DNA of 32,061 nucleotides from Chiloscyllium plagiosum (GCF_004010195.1 NC_057753.1:10225326-10257386); one strand, 5' to 3'. Counted from the first letter of the stretch, positions 1 through 11,120 are shown. Notes: a model not told the origin generated them from the sequence alone. Made by a program: numbers and translations.

Positions 1-1045
1 CTTAATTCTATTTGCCAAAGCTATCTCATGTCCCCGTTTTGCCCTCCTGATTTCTCTCTTAAGTATACTCCTACTGCCTTTATACTCTTCTAAGGATTCA
101 CTCGATCTATCCTGTCTGTACCTGACATATGCTTCCTTCTTTTTCTTAACCAAACCCTCAATTTCTTTAGTCATCCAGCATTCCCTATAGCTACCAGCCT
201 TCCCTTTCACCCTGACAGGAATATACTTTCTCTGGATTCTTGCTATCTCATTTCTGAAGGCTTCCCATTTTCCAGCCGTCCCTTTACCTGCGAACATCTG
301 CCTCCAATCAGTTTTTGAAAGTTCTTGCCTAATACCGTCAAAATTGGCCTTTCTCCAATTTAGAATTCAACTTTCAGATCTGATCTATCCTTTTCCATCA
401 CTATTTTAAAACGAATAGAATTATGGTCGCTGGCCCCAAAGTGCTCCCCCACTGACACCTCAGTCACCTGCCTTGCCTTATTTCCCAAGAGTAGGTTAAG
501 TTTCACCTTCTCCAGTAGGTACATCCACATAATGAATCAGAAAATTGTCTTGTACACACTTAAGAAATTCCTCTCCATCTAAACCAGTAACACTATGGCA
601 GTCCCTGTCGATGTTTGGAAAGTTAAAATCCCCTCCCATATTATTCTTACAGATAGCTGAGATCTCCTTACAAGTTTGTTTCTCAATTTCCCTCTGACTA
701 TTGGGGGGTCTATAATACAATCCCAATAAGGTGATCATCCCTTTCTTATTTCTCAGTTTCACCCAAATAACTTCCCTCGATCTATTTCCAGGAATATCCT
801 CCCTTAGCACAGCTGTAATGCTATCCCTTATCAAAAATGCCACTCCCCCTCCTCTTTTGCCTCACTTTCTTTTCCTTCCTGTAGCACTTGTATCCTGGAG
901 CATTCAGCTGCCGGTCCTGCCCATCCCTGAGCCACGTTTCCGTAATTGCTATGATATCTCAGTCCCATGTTCCTAACCATGCCCTGAGTTCATCTGCCTT
1001 CCCTGTTAGGCCCCTTACATTGAAATAAATGCAGTTTAATTTATT
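1..1045 (-). pseudogene. CR1 ORF2 apurinic-like endonuclease domain (disrupted)
   Basis: Manual translation gives LNCIYFNVRGL..KADEL...D*DIIAITETWL. ORF 496..843 has LGLYYRPPNS and MGGDFNFPNID. Stops and frameshifts are present. Confidence 0.88.
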
Positions 1046-1229
1046 AGTCCTGCTTTGTCCCTGCCTGCCTTGACTGTTTGACTCACATCTGTTCTCAGCT
1101 GTACCCGTTTCAGATCGATCTCTTTCCTCACTATCTCCCTGGGTCCCACCCCCATCCCACCTTACTAGTTTAAATCCTCCCGAGCAGTTCTAGCAAATTT
1201 CCATGCCAGTATATTAGTCCTCTTCCAAT

Positions 1230-1795
1230 TTAGGTGCAATCCATCCTTCTTGTACAGTCACTTCTACCCCAAAAGAGATTCCAATGATCCAAAAATGTGA
1301 ATCCTTCTCCCATATACCAGCTCCTCAGCCGTGCATTCATCTGCTGCATCCTCCTAATCCTGCCCTCACTAGCTCGTAGCACTGGGAGTAATCCAGATAT
1401 TACTACCCTTGAGGTCCTCCTTTTTAAATTTCTACCTAACTCTCTGTAATCTCCCTTCAGAGTCTCAACCTTTTCCCTTCCTATATCGTTGGTTCCAATG
1501 TGGACAATGACCTCTTGCTGGCCCCTCTCCCCCATGAGAACATTCTGCACCCTCTCTGAGACATCCTTGATCCTGGCACCAGGGAAACAACACACCATTC
1601 TGCTTTTTCTCTGCTGGCCACAGAAACATCTGTCTGTACCTCTGACTTCAGAATCCCCTAACACAATTGATCTCTTGGAAGCCGACATAATCCGCGTTGC
1701 ATTAGAGCCAGTCTCAATACCAGAAACTTGGCTGTTCGTGCTACGTTCCCCTGAGAATCCATCACCCCCTACATTTTCCAAAACAGCATTCCTGT
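1230..1795 (-). pseudogene. CR1 ORF1, SGNH/GDSL esterase domain (partial)
   Basis: ORF 1230..1871 contains IVLGDSEVRG...CCFPGARIKDV...VIVHIGTNDIG...VVISGLLP (GDS and GTND blocks). The N-terminal ~25 aa run into unrelated flank. Confidence 0.88.
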
Positions 1796-1854
1796 CTTGG
1801 TCTTGGCACTCGAGCCTGGCAACCTCCCCGGGATGTTTCTGAAACCTCTTTCTG

Positions 1855-1955
1855 TTCTGAAGAAGGATCACCAGACCTGAAATGTTTTCTCAGATTTCTC
1901 TCGACACGAGCTGCCAAACCTGCTCAGCTTTTCCAGTCGTTTCTGTTTCTGTTCC
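1855..1955 (+). mobile_element. Degenerate Penelope-like element terminal fragment
   Basis: CTGAAGAAGGATCACCAGACCTGAAATGTT...CTGCCAAACCTGCTCAGCTTTTCCAG resembles the PLE termini seen elsewhere in the window. Confidence 0.55.
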
Positions 1956-1959
1956 TTCA

Positions 1960-2160
1960 GCCGCCGGCACCATTCCTCTCCCACACTCAGTAACATTGCC
2001 TCTGTCCCGCTGCGGGACCTGCACTGCACATGTGCCAGCTCACAAGGAGCGATGTCCTGGTGTCTGACGTCATTGCAGATGAGGGGGCGCGGATGGGAGG
2101 ACCTTCAAACAATCGCTGACGATGGGGGCGGGGCGATCGTTTTGCCGGCCCCCAGCCTCC
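1960..2160. promoter_or_regulatory. CpG-rich promoter-like patch
   Basis: Perfect CRE TGACGTCA (2065-2072), GC box GGGGCGGGGC (2125-2134), NRF1-like TGCACATGTGC, locally high CpG content. Confidence 0.4.
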
Positions 2161-2384
2161 TGAAAGGTGTCTTTAAAAATGTTTCAACGTAATTTTTAAA
2201 AAACTTTTCAGCCTGTTGAGAAATGTTATTCTAGACCTCTAGAAGGAGAAAACATGAGGTAACTCTCAAACATAAACAAAGGAATACTAAAAAAAAACTT
2301 AATAAAAATAGGTAAGGTAACTTACAAAAAAAACCTCGCACTAAATATCAAAAAGGATCGAAAAAGGTTCTGTTGTTTATGCTA

Positions 2385-2990
2385 ATTGGGACATAGTCGC
2401 TAAGCTAAGTGTGGTACGTTGGAAGATGAAAACTGAGAGTTCATGGGGGAACACTGAAGTGGCAGAGATGATCTGAGTTTTTACGTTGGCGGACAACAGA
2501 ACTATTCCTATTGGAATTGGCAAGTCAGAGGCTATAGAAAGGATAGAACTGAAACAATCACCATCGATAGGGAAAAGGTACACAGCAAACTATTAGGATT
2601 GAGGACAGACAAGTCCACTGGGCCCGATGGCCTACATCCTCGGGTCCTGAAGGAAGTGGCAGTGGAGGTGATGGATTAATTAGTTACAATATTCCAAAAA
2701 TCTCCAAACATGCGAAAGGTTAATTGAGTTTATTTAAGACTGAGATATATATGTTCTTGATTGTCAAGGGGATCAAAGGTTACAAGGAGAAAGCTGGAGA
2801 ATGGAGTTGAGAAACTTATCAGCCATAAGTGAATGGTGGAGCAGACTCGATGGGCTGAGTGGCCTAATTACTGCTCCTGTGTCGGATGATCTCATGGTTC
2901 CATTGGATTGGAAAAATGCTAATGTAACACCTGTATTGAAAATGGGAGGGAGGCCATATGTTGGAAATTGCAGTCCAGTTCGTTTAATAT
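2385..2990 (+). mobile_element. CR1 ORF2 fragment interrupted by a CR1 3' end (~2725-2895)
   Basis: KLLGLRTDKSTGPDGLHPRVLKEVA...IFQKS resumes after the nested piece as VPLDWKNANVTPVLKMG...GNCSPV. Confidence 0.8.
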
Positions 2991-2995
2991 TTGTT

Positions 2996-3478
2996 ATAGA
3001 GTCATAGAGATATGCAGCACGGAAACAGACCCTTCGGTCCAACTTGTCCACGCCGAGCAGATATCCTAACCTAATCTCGACCCTTTTGCCAACACTTGAC
3101 ACATATCCCTCTAAACCCTTCTTATTCATCTATCCATCCAGATGCCCTTGAAATGCTGTAATTTTACCAGCCTCCACCACTTTCTCTGGCAGCTCATTCC
3201 ATACAAGCACACTCTCTGCATGAAAAAGTTGCCCCTTAGGTCCCTTTGATATCTTTCCCCTGTCACCCTAAACCTATGCCCTTTAGGTCTGGACTCTCTC
3301 ACCCATTGAAAAGACCTTGTCTGTTCATCCTAGCCATGCCCCTCATTGTTTTATAAATCTCCAAAAGGTCAACCCTCACCCTCTGAAGCTCCAGGGAAAA
3401 CAGCCCCTGCCTATTAAGCCTCTCCCAAATCCTCCAGCTCTGAAAACATCAATGTAAATCTTTTCTGAACCCTTTCAC
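2996..3478 (-). mobile_element. CR1 3' end
   Basis: The CR1 3' terminus (ATAGAGTCATAGAG..GGAAACAGACCCTTCGGTCCAAC) and ORF2 C-terminal sequence recur many times in the window. Confidence 0.82.
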
Positions 3479-3663
3479 AGGTTATGGGAAGAAGGCAGGA
3501 AAATGGGGGTGATGAGCAATCTTGATCGAATGGCAGAGCAGACTTGATGGGCTGAATGACCTAATTTTGCACCTCTCTTTGTGAACCTTTGAACTATGGA
3601 GCAGGCAGGACTTGAACCCGATCCAGGGTTAGGGTCACTACCTCTGTGCTACAAGCCATCCGT

Positions 3664-3668
3664 AAAAA
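3664..3668 (-). terminator. Pol III T5 terminator of the tRNA gene
   Basis: TTTTT on the minus strand, 10 nt downstream of the tRNA 3' end. Confidence 0.6.
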
Positions 3669-3677
3669 TATCAAATC

Positions 3678-3749
3678 CTCCCCGTCAGGGAATTGCACCT
3701 CGGTCTCCCGAGTCACAGGTGGGGATACTAACCACTATACTACTGAGGA
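3678..3749 (-). tRNA. tRNA-Asp-derived gene or pseudogene with anticodon mutated to GTG
   Basis: Reverse complement TCCTCAGTAGTATAGTGGTTAGTATCCCCACCTGTGACTCGGGAGACCGAGGTGCAATTCCCTGACGGGGAG (72 nt) aligns without gaps to vertebrate tRNA-Asp(GTC). It has stem mismatches and a TGC in place of TTC in the T-loop. Confidence 0.88.
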
Positions 3750-3989
3750 TGCTGGACAGTTGCAAGAAGCTGGCAATAGGGGTGGAGAATGGGTGGGTGT
3801 TTCAGGAACTATTATCGACATGAAAGTGTGAATGGCCTCCTTATGTACTGTAACATTCTAAAACATTCTAAACCAGTCAATGATCTGACCTGTGCCACGC
3901 AAGCACAATCCCTCTGGGAAGTTACCAGAGGTATGCAGGGGCTGTAGGAAGATATCCAATTCCCTGTTTGACCTGGAATGTAATGCCCT

Positions 3990-4058
3990 CATGCACACCA
4001 GGGAGCGGTGATCCACGTCTCCAATGTGGGAAAGGATTCACTGAGTCATTCAAACCCA
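3990..4058 (+). pseudogene. Single degenerate C2H2 zinc-finger remnant
   Basis: ATGCACACCAGGGAGCGG (MHTRER), then after a frameshift CAATGTGGGAAAGGATTCACTGAGTCA (QCGKGFTES). Confidence 0.55.
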
Positions 4059-4404
4059 AATACATCATTGACTTCCTACTGGATAGAAAGGATTAAACTT
4101 CTCAGCAACAACCGCTTTAAAAAAAATGTTCCAAATTTGTAGTCATAGTGAGAATCACAGTTTTCCAAACTGTGGGCCAGTACTAGTGATGTTGAGAGAC
4201 CACGTTTTGAATACATGACTGTCCAGGTAACAATGGTTGCTGTGGGGCTCACAGTGATGACTGAAGGATGCTCAGTTGTTTCTGTTGTTGATGGGATTGA
4301 CCTCATGGACTGCTCTCTGAAGCCGGATTTAAAAGAAGTTTTGAAATTCATGAGGAAAACCACACCCAGAAAAGTCAGTGAAAAACTCTTCACCATGGTA
4401 AAAG

Positions 4405-4680
4405 CATTGAGAATAAGAACACAAATTTCAAATCCATTACAAGAAAGAAAATGTGATGTGAGAAAAAAATTTCACACAGTGAGTAAATAGATCTGGAAGA
4501 CATTGCATGGAGAAGTGGTTGAAGCAGGTTCAGTTAAGGGCATTGGATAATTATTTGATGACAAGCAATGTACCAGTTTCCAAGGAAACGTCAGGAAAAT
4601 GGCACAAGGTCAGAAAGCTCATTTAGAGAACTGCATGGACACAATAGGCTGAATGGCCTGTTTCTGTGCTTTAGTAATTC
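4405..4680 (+). mobile_element. Old CR1 3' end fragment
   Basis: AGAAAAAAATTTCACACAGTGAGT...GTGGTTGAAGCAGGTTC...GGCTGAATGGCCTGTTTCTGTGC. Confidence 0.65.
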
Positions 4681-4829
4681 AGTGGTTCATAATTGCTCAT
4701 CGGATCTCAGTCAGTTATGAACATCAGGCTAACATCTGCTATTTTGTACGGTCAGTCAGGGAGGATTCGTCAGATCGATGTTGTATAATGATTCATGATT
4801 GGGGAACTGCAGGGATTGGGACTAGGACC

Positions 4830-5075
4830 CCAGGTATTCACAATATATGTCAATGATTTAGATGAGAAAACTAATTGGAATATGTCACAAATTGCAGATG
4901 ACACAAAGCTGGGTGGAAGGGTGAGCTGTGAGGAGGATGCAATGTTATTTGGACAGGCTGAGTGAGTGGGTAAATGTATGGCAGGTGCAGGTTAGTGTGG
5001 ATAAGTGTGACGTTATCCACTTTGGTAGTAAAAATAGAAAAGCAGATTATTTGAATAACTGTAACCTGGGAGATG
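4830..5075 (+). mobile_element. CR1 reverse transcriptase fragment
   Basis: FTIYVNDLDE...SQIADDTKLGGRVSCEED (variant of the FADD catalytic motif). Confidence 0.8.
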
Positions 5076-5586
5076 GGAATGTTCACCAAGAACTAATCCA
5101 AGATTGAGGACGGGAAAATGTGTGTCTAAGAGCTGCTCCTTTTCGGAGGTATTTTCAGTGTTGGAGGCGATTTGTTTGAATTCCAGGAGCAGCAATTACT
5201 GTTTTATATGCTGTTGCATTGTTTTGGAACTTCGGAGTAAAAAAATCAAGTCAACAGTACTTTTGAAAGGGAGAAAGACAGCCGTAGGCAGCGAGCACAT
5301 GGTCTGAAAGAGAGAGAGAGAAACCTACACTGCTAGCTGACACAGCAGTGAATCTATGTAGTTACTGCCTTTGCTGTTTGAAATCATGTATCTCTGGACA
5401 TTGGAGTGCGTCTAGGAAAAATTAACAAACAGCAAAATTCACAACTGGTCTTGGTGGGATCTGTGTGGGAGAACTCACAGCACAGGGACAGATAAGTGCA
5501 TAGTTTTTAATGTGTAACCTTGCTGTAAGTCTGCGGTAGTGAATAGAGTGGATTCTTTCCCAATTATATGTTTTGAGATTTTAGAA

Positions 5587-5880
5587 GCTCACCCGCGGGT
5601 CCACAACAGGGAGCGGCCAATCACCTGCTCTCAGTGTGGGAAGGGCATTACCCGCTCCTCCCACCTGTGGAGGCCATTGCAGGGTGATTGAAGGAACGAC
5701 AGCTGAGTGCCATTATCGACTGGACTATCAACCCAGTTCTGGGGACTCCTCGGGACTCCTGGGTTCGAATCACACTGTGGCAGACGGCAGAATTGGAATT
5801 CAGTCAGAAATCTGGAGTTCAGAATCGAATGATAAAACTATTTTCTGGGGAAGAAATACCCCATCAGATTCACTCATGTT
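5587..5880 (+). pseudogene. 3' fragment of a C2H2 zinc-finger gene (last finger, stop at 5689-5691, 3' UTR)
   Basis: [34 protein letters not shown]. The 3' UTR is clearly paralogous to 19005-19200 on the minus strand. Confidence 0.82.
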
Positions 5881-5930
5881 AGAGTCTGTCTGTATCCCAA
5901 TCTTGAGTCAGACGGGTTCTATTTCCATTG

Positions 5931-6288
5931 TAGAATTTATAACATATTATGTGGATAGACTGCCTGAATATTTGTGCGTTTTTTGAGCAAAATAGAATGT
6001 ACTTGCAAATAAAATCCTACAATTGCAAATTCACACCATAGACTGATATATGTGTGTGTGTGCATGAGAGAGTGTGTGTTTCCGTATATGCATACTTGGT
6101 AAAGTGTGTGAGTATAAACCTGTGAGAGGCTGTGGGCATATGTCTGAGAGCAAGCATGAGTGTGTGAGTATGTACGAGTGTGTGAGAGAGAGTGTATAAT
6201 GTCATCTGTAGTGTAACATGAACCCAATGTCCCAGTTGAGGCCACCCTCATGAGGTTCCAAATTTGGCTATCAGCCTCTGCTCAGCCC
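5931..6288 (-). mobile_element. Penelope-like element 3' fragment with (TG)n-rich UTR
   Basis: Minus strand gives AEQRLIAKFG..GGLNWDIGFMLHYR, homologous to 30340-30700. Confidence 0.75.
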
Positions 6289-6344
6289 TAGAAACGTTTT
6301 AAGCAGTTACACAACACACATTGGAGAGAGCAGGGTGGGGCTTG

Positions 6345-6890
6345 TCTCTTGATTTCTAGAAGGTGGGAGGCTCTGGATGCTGTGATCCAGGGCAAACACA
6401 GGCTGGAGGACCTTCGGCTCAGAAAGATGCAGCTGGAAGCCGGGCTGCAGACACGTTGGGGGAAAAGGGGAAAGTTAACTGGACATTTTATTCTGGGAGA
6501 TGGTCATTCCTCTCCAGACAGAGCCTTTTGACTGGGTCAGTGAACAGGGTCAGGAGCATGTCATCACAGATCAGACAGATAAAGGGGATCGGAGAGAGGT
6601 CTACATGAGCGAGGAGCTAACTGACTGCGTGGTGGAAATAAGAACAATGTTGGGGAGAGACAGTGGTGGTCAGGGACAGAATAATGACAGGGATTGTTAC
6701 TGTTCTCTGCAGTTGGCAGCAGAAGACCAGATTGCATCAGTGTCTGCCTGGCGCCAGGATTTGGGAACCAGTGTGCTCAGGGCTGCAGAAACAGGAAAAG
6801 GGAAGTTGCAGTGGGTATGGTCCAACAATGTCAGGAGGAGAGAGCCTCTGCAGAGGGCTCATGAGAAGTTAGAAGCTACAAAGACACAGC
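6345..6890 (+). mobile_element. Highly degenerate CR1 ORF1 (coiled coil plus esterase)
   Basis: LEDLRLRKMQLEA, then GRDS..., CLPGAR..., spread over several frames. Confidence 0.55.
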
Positions 6891-6904
6891 AGAACTTCAA
6901 AGCT

Positions 6905-7230
6905 CTGGTTGGAATGGTGGCTCAGTGGTTAGCACCACTGCTCACAGTGCCAGGGACTTGGGTTCAATTCCACTCTCATGCGGCTCTCTGTGTGGATTTT
7001 GGCATGTTCTCACCCTTGTGTCTGCGTGGGTGAACTCTGGGTGCTACAGTTTCCTCCCACATTCTAACCATCTGAAGTTTAGGGTGGATCGGCCATGCTG
7101 AAGTATCCAGGGATGTGCAACCTAGGGTGGGTTTACTGTGGGGAACTGCAGGGAAAGTGGGTGGGATGCTGTTTGGAAGATCAGTCTTAAATTTATGGGC
7201 TGAATAGCCCGTAGGGATTATATGAATCTA
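6905..7230 (+). mobile_element. Old tRNA-derived V-SINE (HE1-like)
   Basis: A box TGGCTCAGTGG, B box GGTTCAATTCC, V-domain TGTCTGCGTGGG...GGTGCTACAGTTTCCTCCCAC, CR1-like tail. Confidence 0.78.
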
Positions 7231-7339
7231 CTGTCTTAGCCACGTGTCTATTGAGAAATGATTGCCCCCAAGTCTGCTGTGGATGGAGTGGGTTCCAGTT
7301 TATGGGACACTGACACCATTCCTGGGTAAGGTGGGATTT

Positions 7340-7579
7340 GTGCTGTCACTCCCCCACCCAGGTCCCCCTCCATTCTCTCTCTCTCCTCACTGTCTGCACT
7401 CACCAATCTCTCTGCCCAGCCATTCCCTCTCCCCCTCATTTTCTGCCTCCCATTCTCTGGCCCCAAGTCTTTCTCTTCCCCTCCACCCTCTGTCCCCTGT
7501 CCATTTTTTCTCTCTCTCTCCCTCTACCCTCTGCTCCCCTATCCATTCTCTTTCTCTCTCGTTCCCCCCACCCTCTGTC
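7340..7579 (+). repeat. CT-rich low-complexity sequence abutting a gap
   Basis: Polypyrimidine tract. A similar tract lies at 13242-13400. Confidence 0.75.
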
Positions 7580-8155
7580 NNNNNNNNNNNNNNNNNNNNN
7601 NNNNNNNNNNNNNNNNNNNNNNNNNNNNNNNNNNNNNNNNNNNNNNNNNNNNNNNNNNNNNNNNNNNNNNNNNNNNNNNNNNNNNNNNNNNNNNNNNNNN
7701 NNNNNNNNNNNNNNNNNNNNNNNNNNNNNNNNNNNNNNNNNNNNNNNNNNNNNNNNNNNNNNNNNNNNNNNNNNNNNNNNNNNNNNNNNNNNNNNNNNNN
7801 NNNNNNNNNNNNNNNNNNNNNNNNNNNNNNNNNNNNNNNNNNNNNNNNNNNNNNNNNNNNNNNNNNNNNNNNNNNNNNNNNNNNNNNNNNNNNNNNNNNN
7901 NNNNNNNNNNNNNNNNNNNNNNNNNNNNNNNNNNNNNNNNNNNNNNNNNNNNNNNNNNNNNNNNNNNNNNNNNNNNNNNNNNNNNNNNNNNNNNNNNNNN
8001 NNNNNNNNNNNNNNNNNNNNNNNNNNNNNNNNNNNNNNNNNNNNNNNNNNNNNNNNNNNNNNNNNNNNNNNNNNNNNNNNNNNNNNNNNNNNNNNNNNNN
8101 NNNNNNNNNNNNNNNNNNNNNNNNNNNNNNNNNNNNNNNNNNNNNNNNNNNNNNN
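7580..8155. other. Assembly gap
   Basis: Run of N. Confidence 1.
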
Positions 8156-8652
8156 CGAGCCGACTTGAGGGCAGAACGTGGGTGGAGAAAGAGAATAGAT
8201 GGGGAACAGGGATGGAGAGCAGAGGATGTGGGGAGAGAGAAAATGCATGGGGAGGCAGAGGATGGGAAGAGGGACTGGACAGTGTGTAGAGGATGGGTGA
8301 CAGAGAGAGAGGATGGAGGGCCGTGGGTGGTGGGGGAATGGGCAGGGAGTGCGGTTGGAGGCGGGTGTTAAGGCCAGGGACCACTGTGGTGGTGTGGGAA
8401 TGGACAGGGGTGCTGTGGGGATGTGTGTGTCTTGGAGGGAGGGGCTGATGGTGAAAGCAGCCCAGCCACTCCCAGCATCCCCTTCTCTACACACGCTCAG
8501 TGCAGATTTTTGAGTCTGGGTGGGATGCTGTTCGGAGGATCAGTATGGACTCGATGGGCCGAATGGCCTGCTCCCACACTGTAGGGATGCTATGCTTACT
8601 AGAGCTGTCAAACCAGCAACATCTAATTGGTGAAGTAAAAGACCAGGAGCCA
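8156..8652 (+). repeat. Left arm of a ~500 bp inverted repeat (partner 12650-13191)
   Basis: Reverse-complement match. 8156-8282 is identical to 13065-13191; the remainder is diverged. Includes an HE1/CR1 tail at ~8515-8590. Confidence 0.92.
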
Positions 8653-9329
8653 ATGTTTAAGCAGTTTTCCATTTACTCACTTGATTTGCCCTTTCAACAT
8701 CCCTTGAATTTAAGGTGTTCCATTGTAGTGTTTAATTATGATCCAAGAAATGCAGCATCCAGTCTCATCTGAGTGCAGAACCAACTCAACTGACTGAACA
8801 AGCGTAACAACTCTTCTGTCTACTCTTTAGATGTGACATCCTCTCCCTCTCTCTCTGTTGACCCAACAGGATTACCAGGGCTGGAAGTACCACTCTCGGA
8901 ATACGATTGCTGATCTACAGTTTGCTTAACATAAGGATTTAAAAGCTGCTAACCTGATCTCGCACAAAGCACAAAAACAGAGGATAAATTTCACTTGGAA
9001 TAGATCACAAAATAACAACATGTACCAGTCCTACAACTCTGTGTTAGGGGGAGGGGAAATACAGTGTTTTACTCTCAGACATTGGAGGGGAGGACAAAGT
9101 TTCAGCCAGTGTGAAGTTAAAATTAAACTTTTTTTTTGTATTAAGAAAACTCAGCCTGCATTGACTTGTGGGGAATAAAAAAATGGAGGAAAGGGAGCTT
9201 GGAAAGTTTCCTCCCTCCCCCCCCCCCCCCCCCCACCGCCCCATCTCGCCGCCCCCCTCCAACCGACACACACACACACACACACACAATTCCCACTGCT
9301 CAGCCGCAGAAGTGCTACCCCTTCTGTCC

Positions 9330-10128
9330 AGGAGTAAAATCTGGAAAGATGATGGTGTTGATAGTGAGGAGGATGGTCTCCGGCTACACTCTGATATCGA
9401 TCAAAAGGGGTAAAAGGGGCAGAGCGATGGAATTTATCTCCAAGCATTCTGGGAAATGTAATAAGGAAAGGAAATAAGCAATAAATAGTAGGTTCCTACA
9501 GAGTGCTGAGGAACAAAGGGACCTTGCTGTCCAGAGATTCCCGAAGGCATCAGTACAGATAAAATGAAGGGTGGTGAGGAAGGCATAGATTTGTACTGTT
9601 TCACACACAGGGTGGTGCGTGTGTGGAATGAGCTGCTAGAGGAAGTGGTGGAGGCTGGTACATTTACAACATTTAAAAATCATCTGGATGGGTACACGAA
9701 CGGGTTTAGAGGGATATGGGCCACATGCTGGCAAATGGGATAGATTAATTTATGATATCTGGTCAGCATGGATGATTAGATTAGATTACTTTACAGTGTG
9801 GAAACAGGCCCTTCGGCCCAACAAGTCCACACCGACCCGCCGAAGTGCAAACCACCCATACCCCTACATTTACCCCTTACCTAACACTACAGGCCAATTC
9901 ACCTGACCTGCACATCTTTGGACTGTGGAAGGAAACCAGAGCACCCGGAGGAAACCCACGCAGACACTGGGAGAACGTGCAAACTCCACACAGTCAGTCG
10001 CCTGAGGCGGGAATTGAACCGGGGTCTCTGGCGCTGTGAGGCAGCAGTGCTAACCACTGTGCCACCGTGCCGCCCAAATGATGAGTTGGACTGAAGTGTC
10101 TAGTTTCTGTGCTGTACAACTCTATGAC
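9330..10128 (+). mobile_element. CR1 RT/3' fragments with a nested SINE
   Basis: GVDSEEDGLRLHSDIDQ, plus a CR1 3' end that resumes after the SINE (GATGAGTTGGACTGAAG). Confidence 0.72.
9775..10075 (-). mobile_element. HE1-type V-SINE, young, near full length
   Basis: Head GGGCGGCACGGTGGCACAGTGGTTAGCACTGCTGCCTCACAGCGCCAGAGACCCCGGTTCAATTCC, V-domain, (TCTAA)n tail. Confidence 0.92.
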
Positions 10129-10353
10129 CACCCACTTCATTTTGAAATCTTTCACTACCCTTTACAACACCCTGTTAGGGTTCAGAGAGTTCCAGGTACT
10201 GACACCTCCTTCCTCACGTTCCTGTGTATTTTAAATCAATAATACCGGTTGTATGTTACTGGGTTAATACTTTATTAACAGGCAGACACATACAATATGA
10301 TCAGAATTTCTATTCGGCACAGACAGTGATGATTTGTTTCAACTTCATTTACA

Positions 10354-10688
10354 GTGTATCAGAAAGGAGAGGATCTGCAAATCAGAAATCTCAGAAGAAA
10401 TTCCATAACAAGAACTGACAGGGTCACTCAACATCATTGCGGGTTTGAATCTGGAGGGAGAAATCCATTCTACCTGTTTCAAAAGGTACTGGACATCAGT
10501 GTGACCAGAAAAGCATTCAGACAGGAACACGCCAGTGAACTGAGCTTTACCTGATTACACTAACTGTGAGAGAGTGTGTCCCAGTGAGTTGACTATGGGA
10601 AGGAGCTTAACCTGATTACACAGACTGTGAGAGAGTGTGTCCTAGTGATTGACTATGGGAAGGAGCTTTAACCGGTTCCACAGACTAA
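10354..10688 (+). pseudogene. Decayed 5' part of a zinc-finger terminal exon with a ~62 bp tandem repeat
   Basis: Acceptor TTTACAG, then blocks homologous to the ZF exon leader at 19550-19720 and 21900-22080 (GACAG.GTCACTCAA, CATCAGTG.GAC). The repeat unit resembles decayed QCxDCGKSFNxLH codons. Confidence 0.5.
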
Positions 10689-10691
10689 GAG

Positions 10692-11120
10692 ATTGGGGCT
10701 GGGGCTTTTTTTTAACCCTGGAGAGTCAGAGCCAGAGGGGTGACCTGAGGGAGGTTTGTAAAATCATGATGGGAATGGGTAGAGTGAATAGCCTAGGTCT
10801 TTTTCCCCAGGGTGGGGGAGTCAAAAACTAGAAGGCATAGGTTTCAGGTGAGAAGGGAAAGATTTAAAAGGGACCTAAGGGATAACTTTTCATGCAGACG
10901 GTGGCGCATATATGCAATGAGCTGCCAGATGAAGTAGTGGAGGTGGGGAGAATTCCAACATTTAAAAGATGCCTGGATGAATAATTCAGGTTTAGAGGGA
11001 TATAGGGCAAATGCTGGAACTTGGGACCAGGTCAGATTGGGACATCTGACCAGGATGGATCAGTTGAACCGAAGGGTCTGTTTACGTGCAGTGTGACCCA
11101 ATAGTCTATACCTCTATGAC
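10692..11120 (+). mobile_element. CR1 3' end
   Basis: GAGGGGTGACCTGAGGGAGGTTTGTAAAATCATG...CCGAAGGGTCTGTTT...CTCTATGAC. Confidence 0.82.

Larger units (their letters stand above)
1..1795 (-). mobile_element. CR1-clade LINE, 5'-truncated within ORF1 and running off the window start
   Basis: The minus strand carries an SGNH esterase-type ORF1 followed by an APE endonuclease ORF2, in the canonical order. Confidence 0.93.

Noticed and set aside
5100..5585. Possible solo LTR
   Set aside because: No second copy, PBS, PPT or clear TG..CA ends with a TSD visible; left unassigned.
7262..8494. Long ORFs of 276-369 aa
   Set aside because: Artefacts of N-runs and CT/GA low-complexity sequence.
8672..8680. 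Strong minus-strand donor GTGAGTAA
   Set aside because: Upstream frames are closed and no matching exon could be supported.
10000..10075. tRNA-like sequence with A and B boxes (also 15970-16041 and 6910-6972)
   Set aside because: These are SINE heads followed by a V-domain and LINE-like tail, not tRNA genes.
10549..10688. CRISPR-like or regularly spaced repeat
   Set aside because: Contiguous tandem units with no unique spacers, in a vertebrate context.
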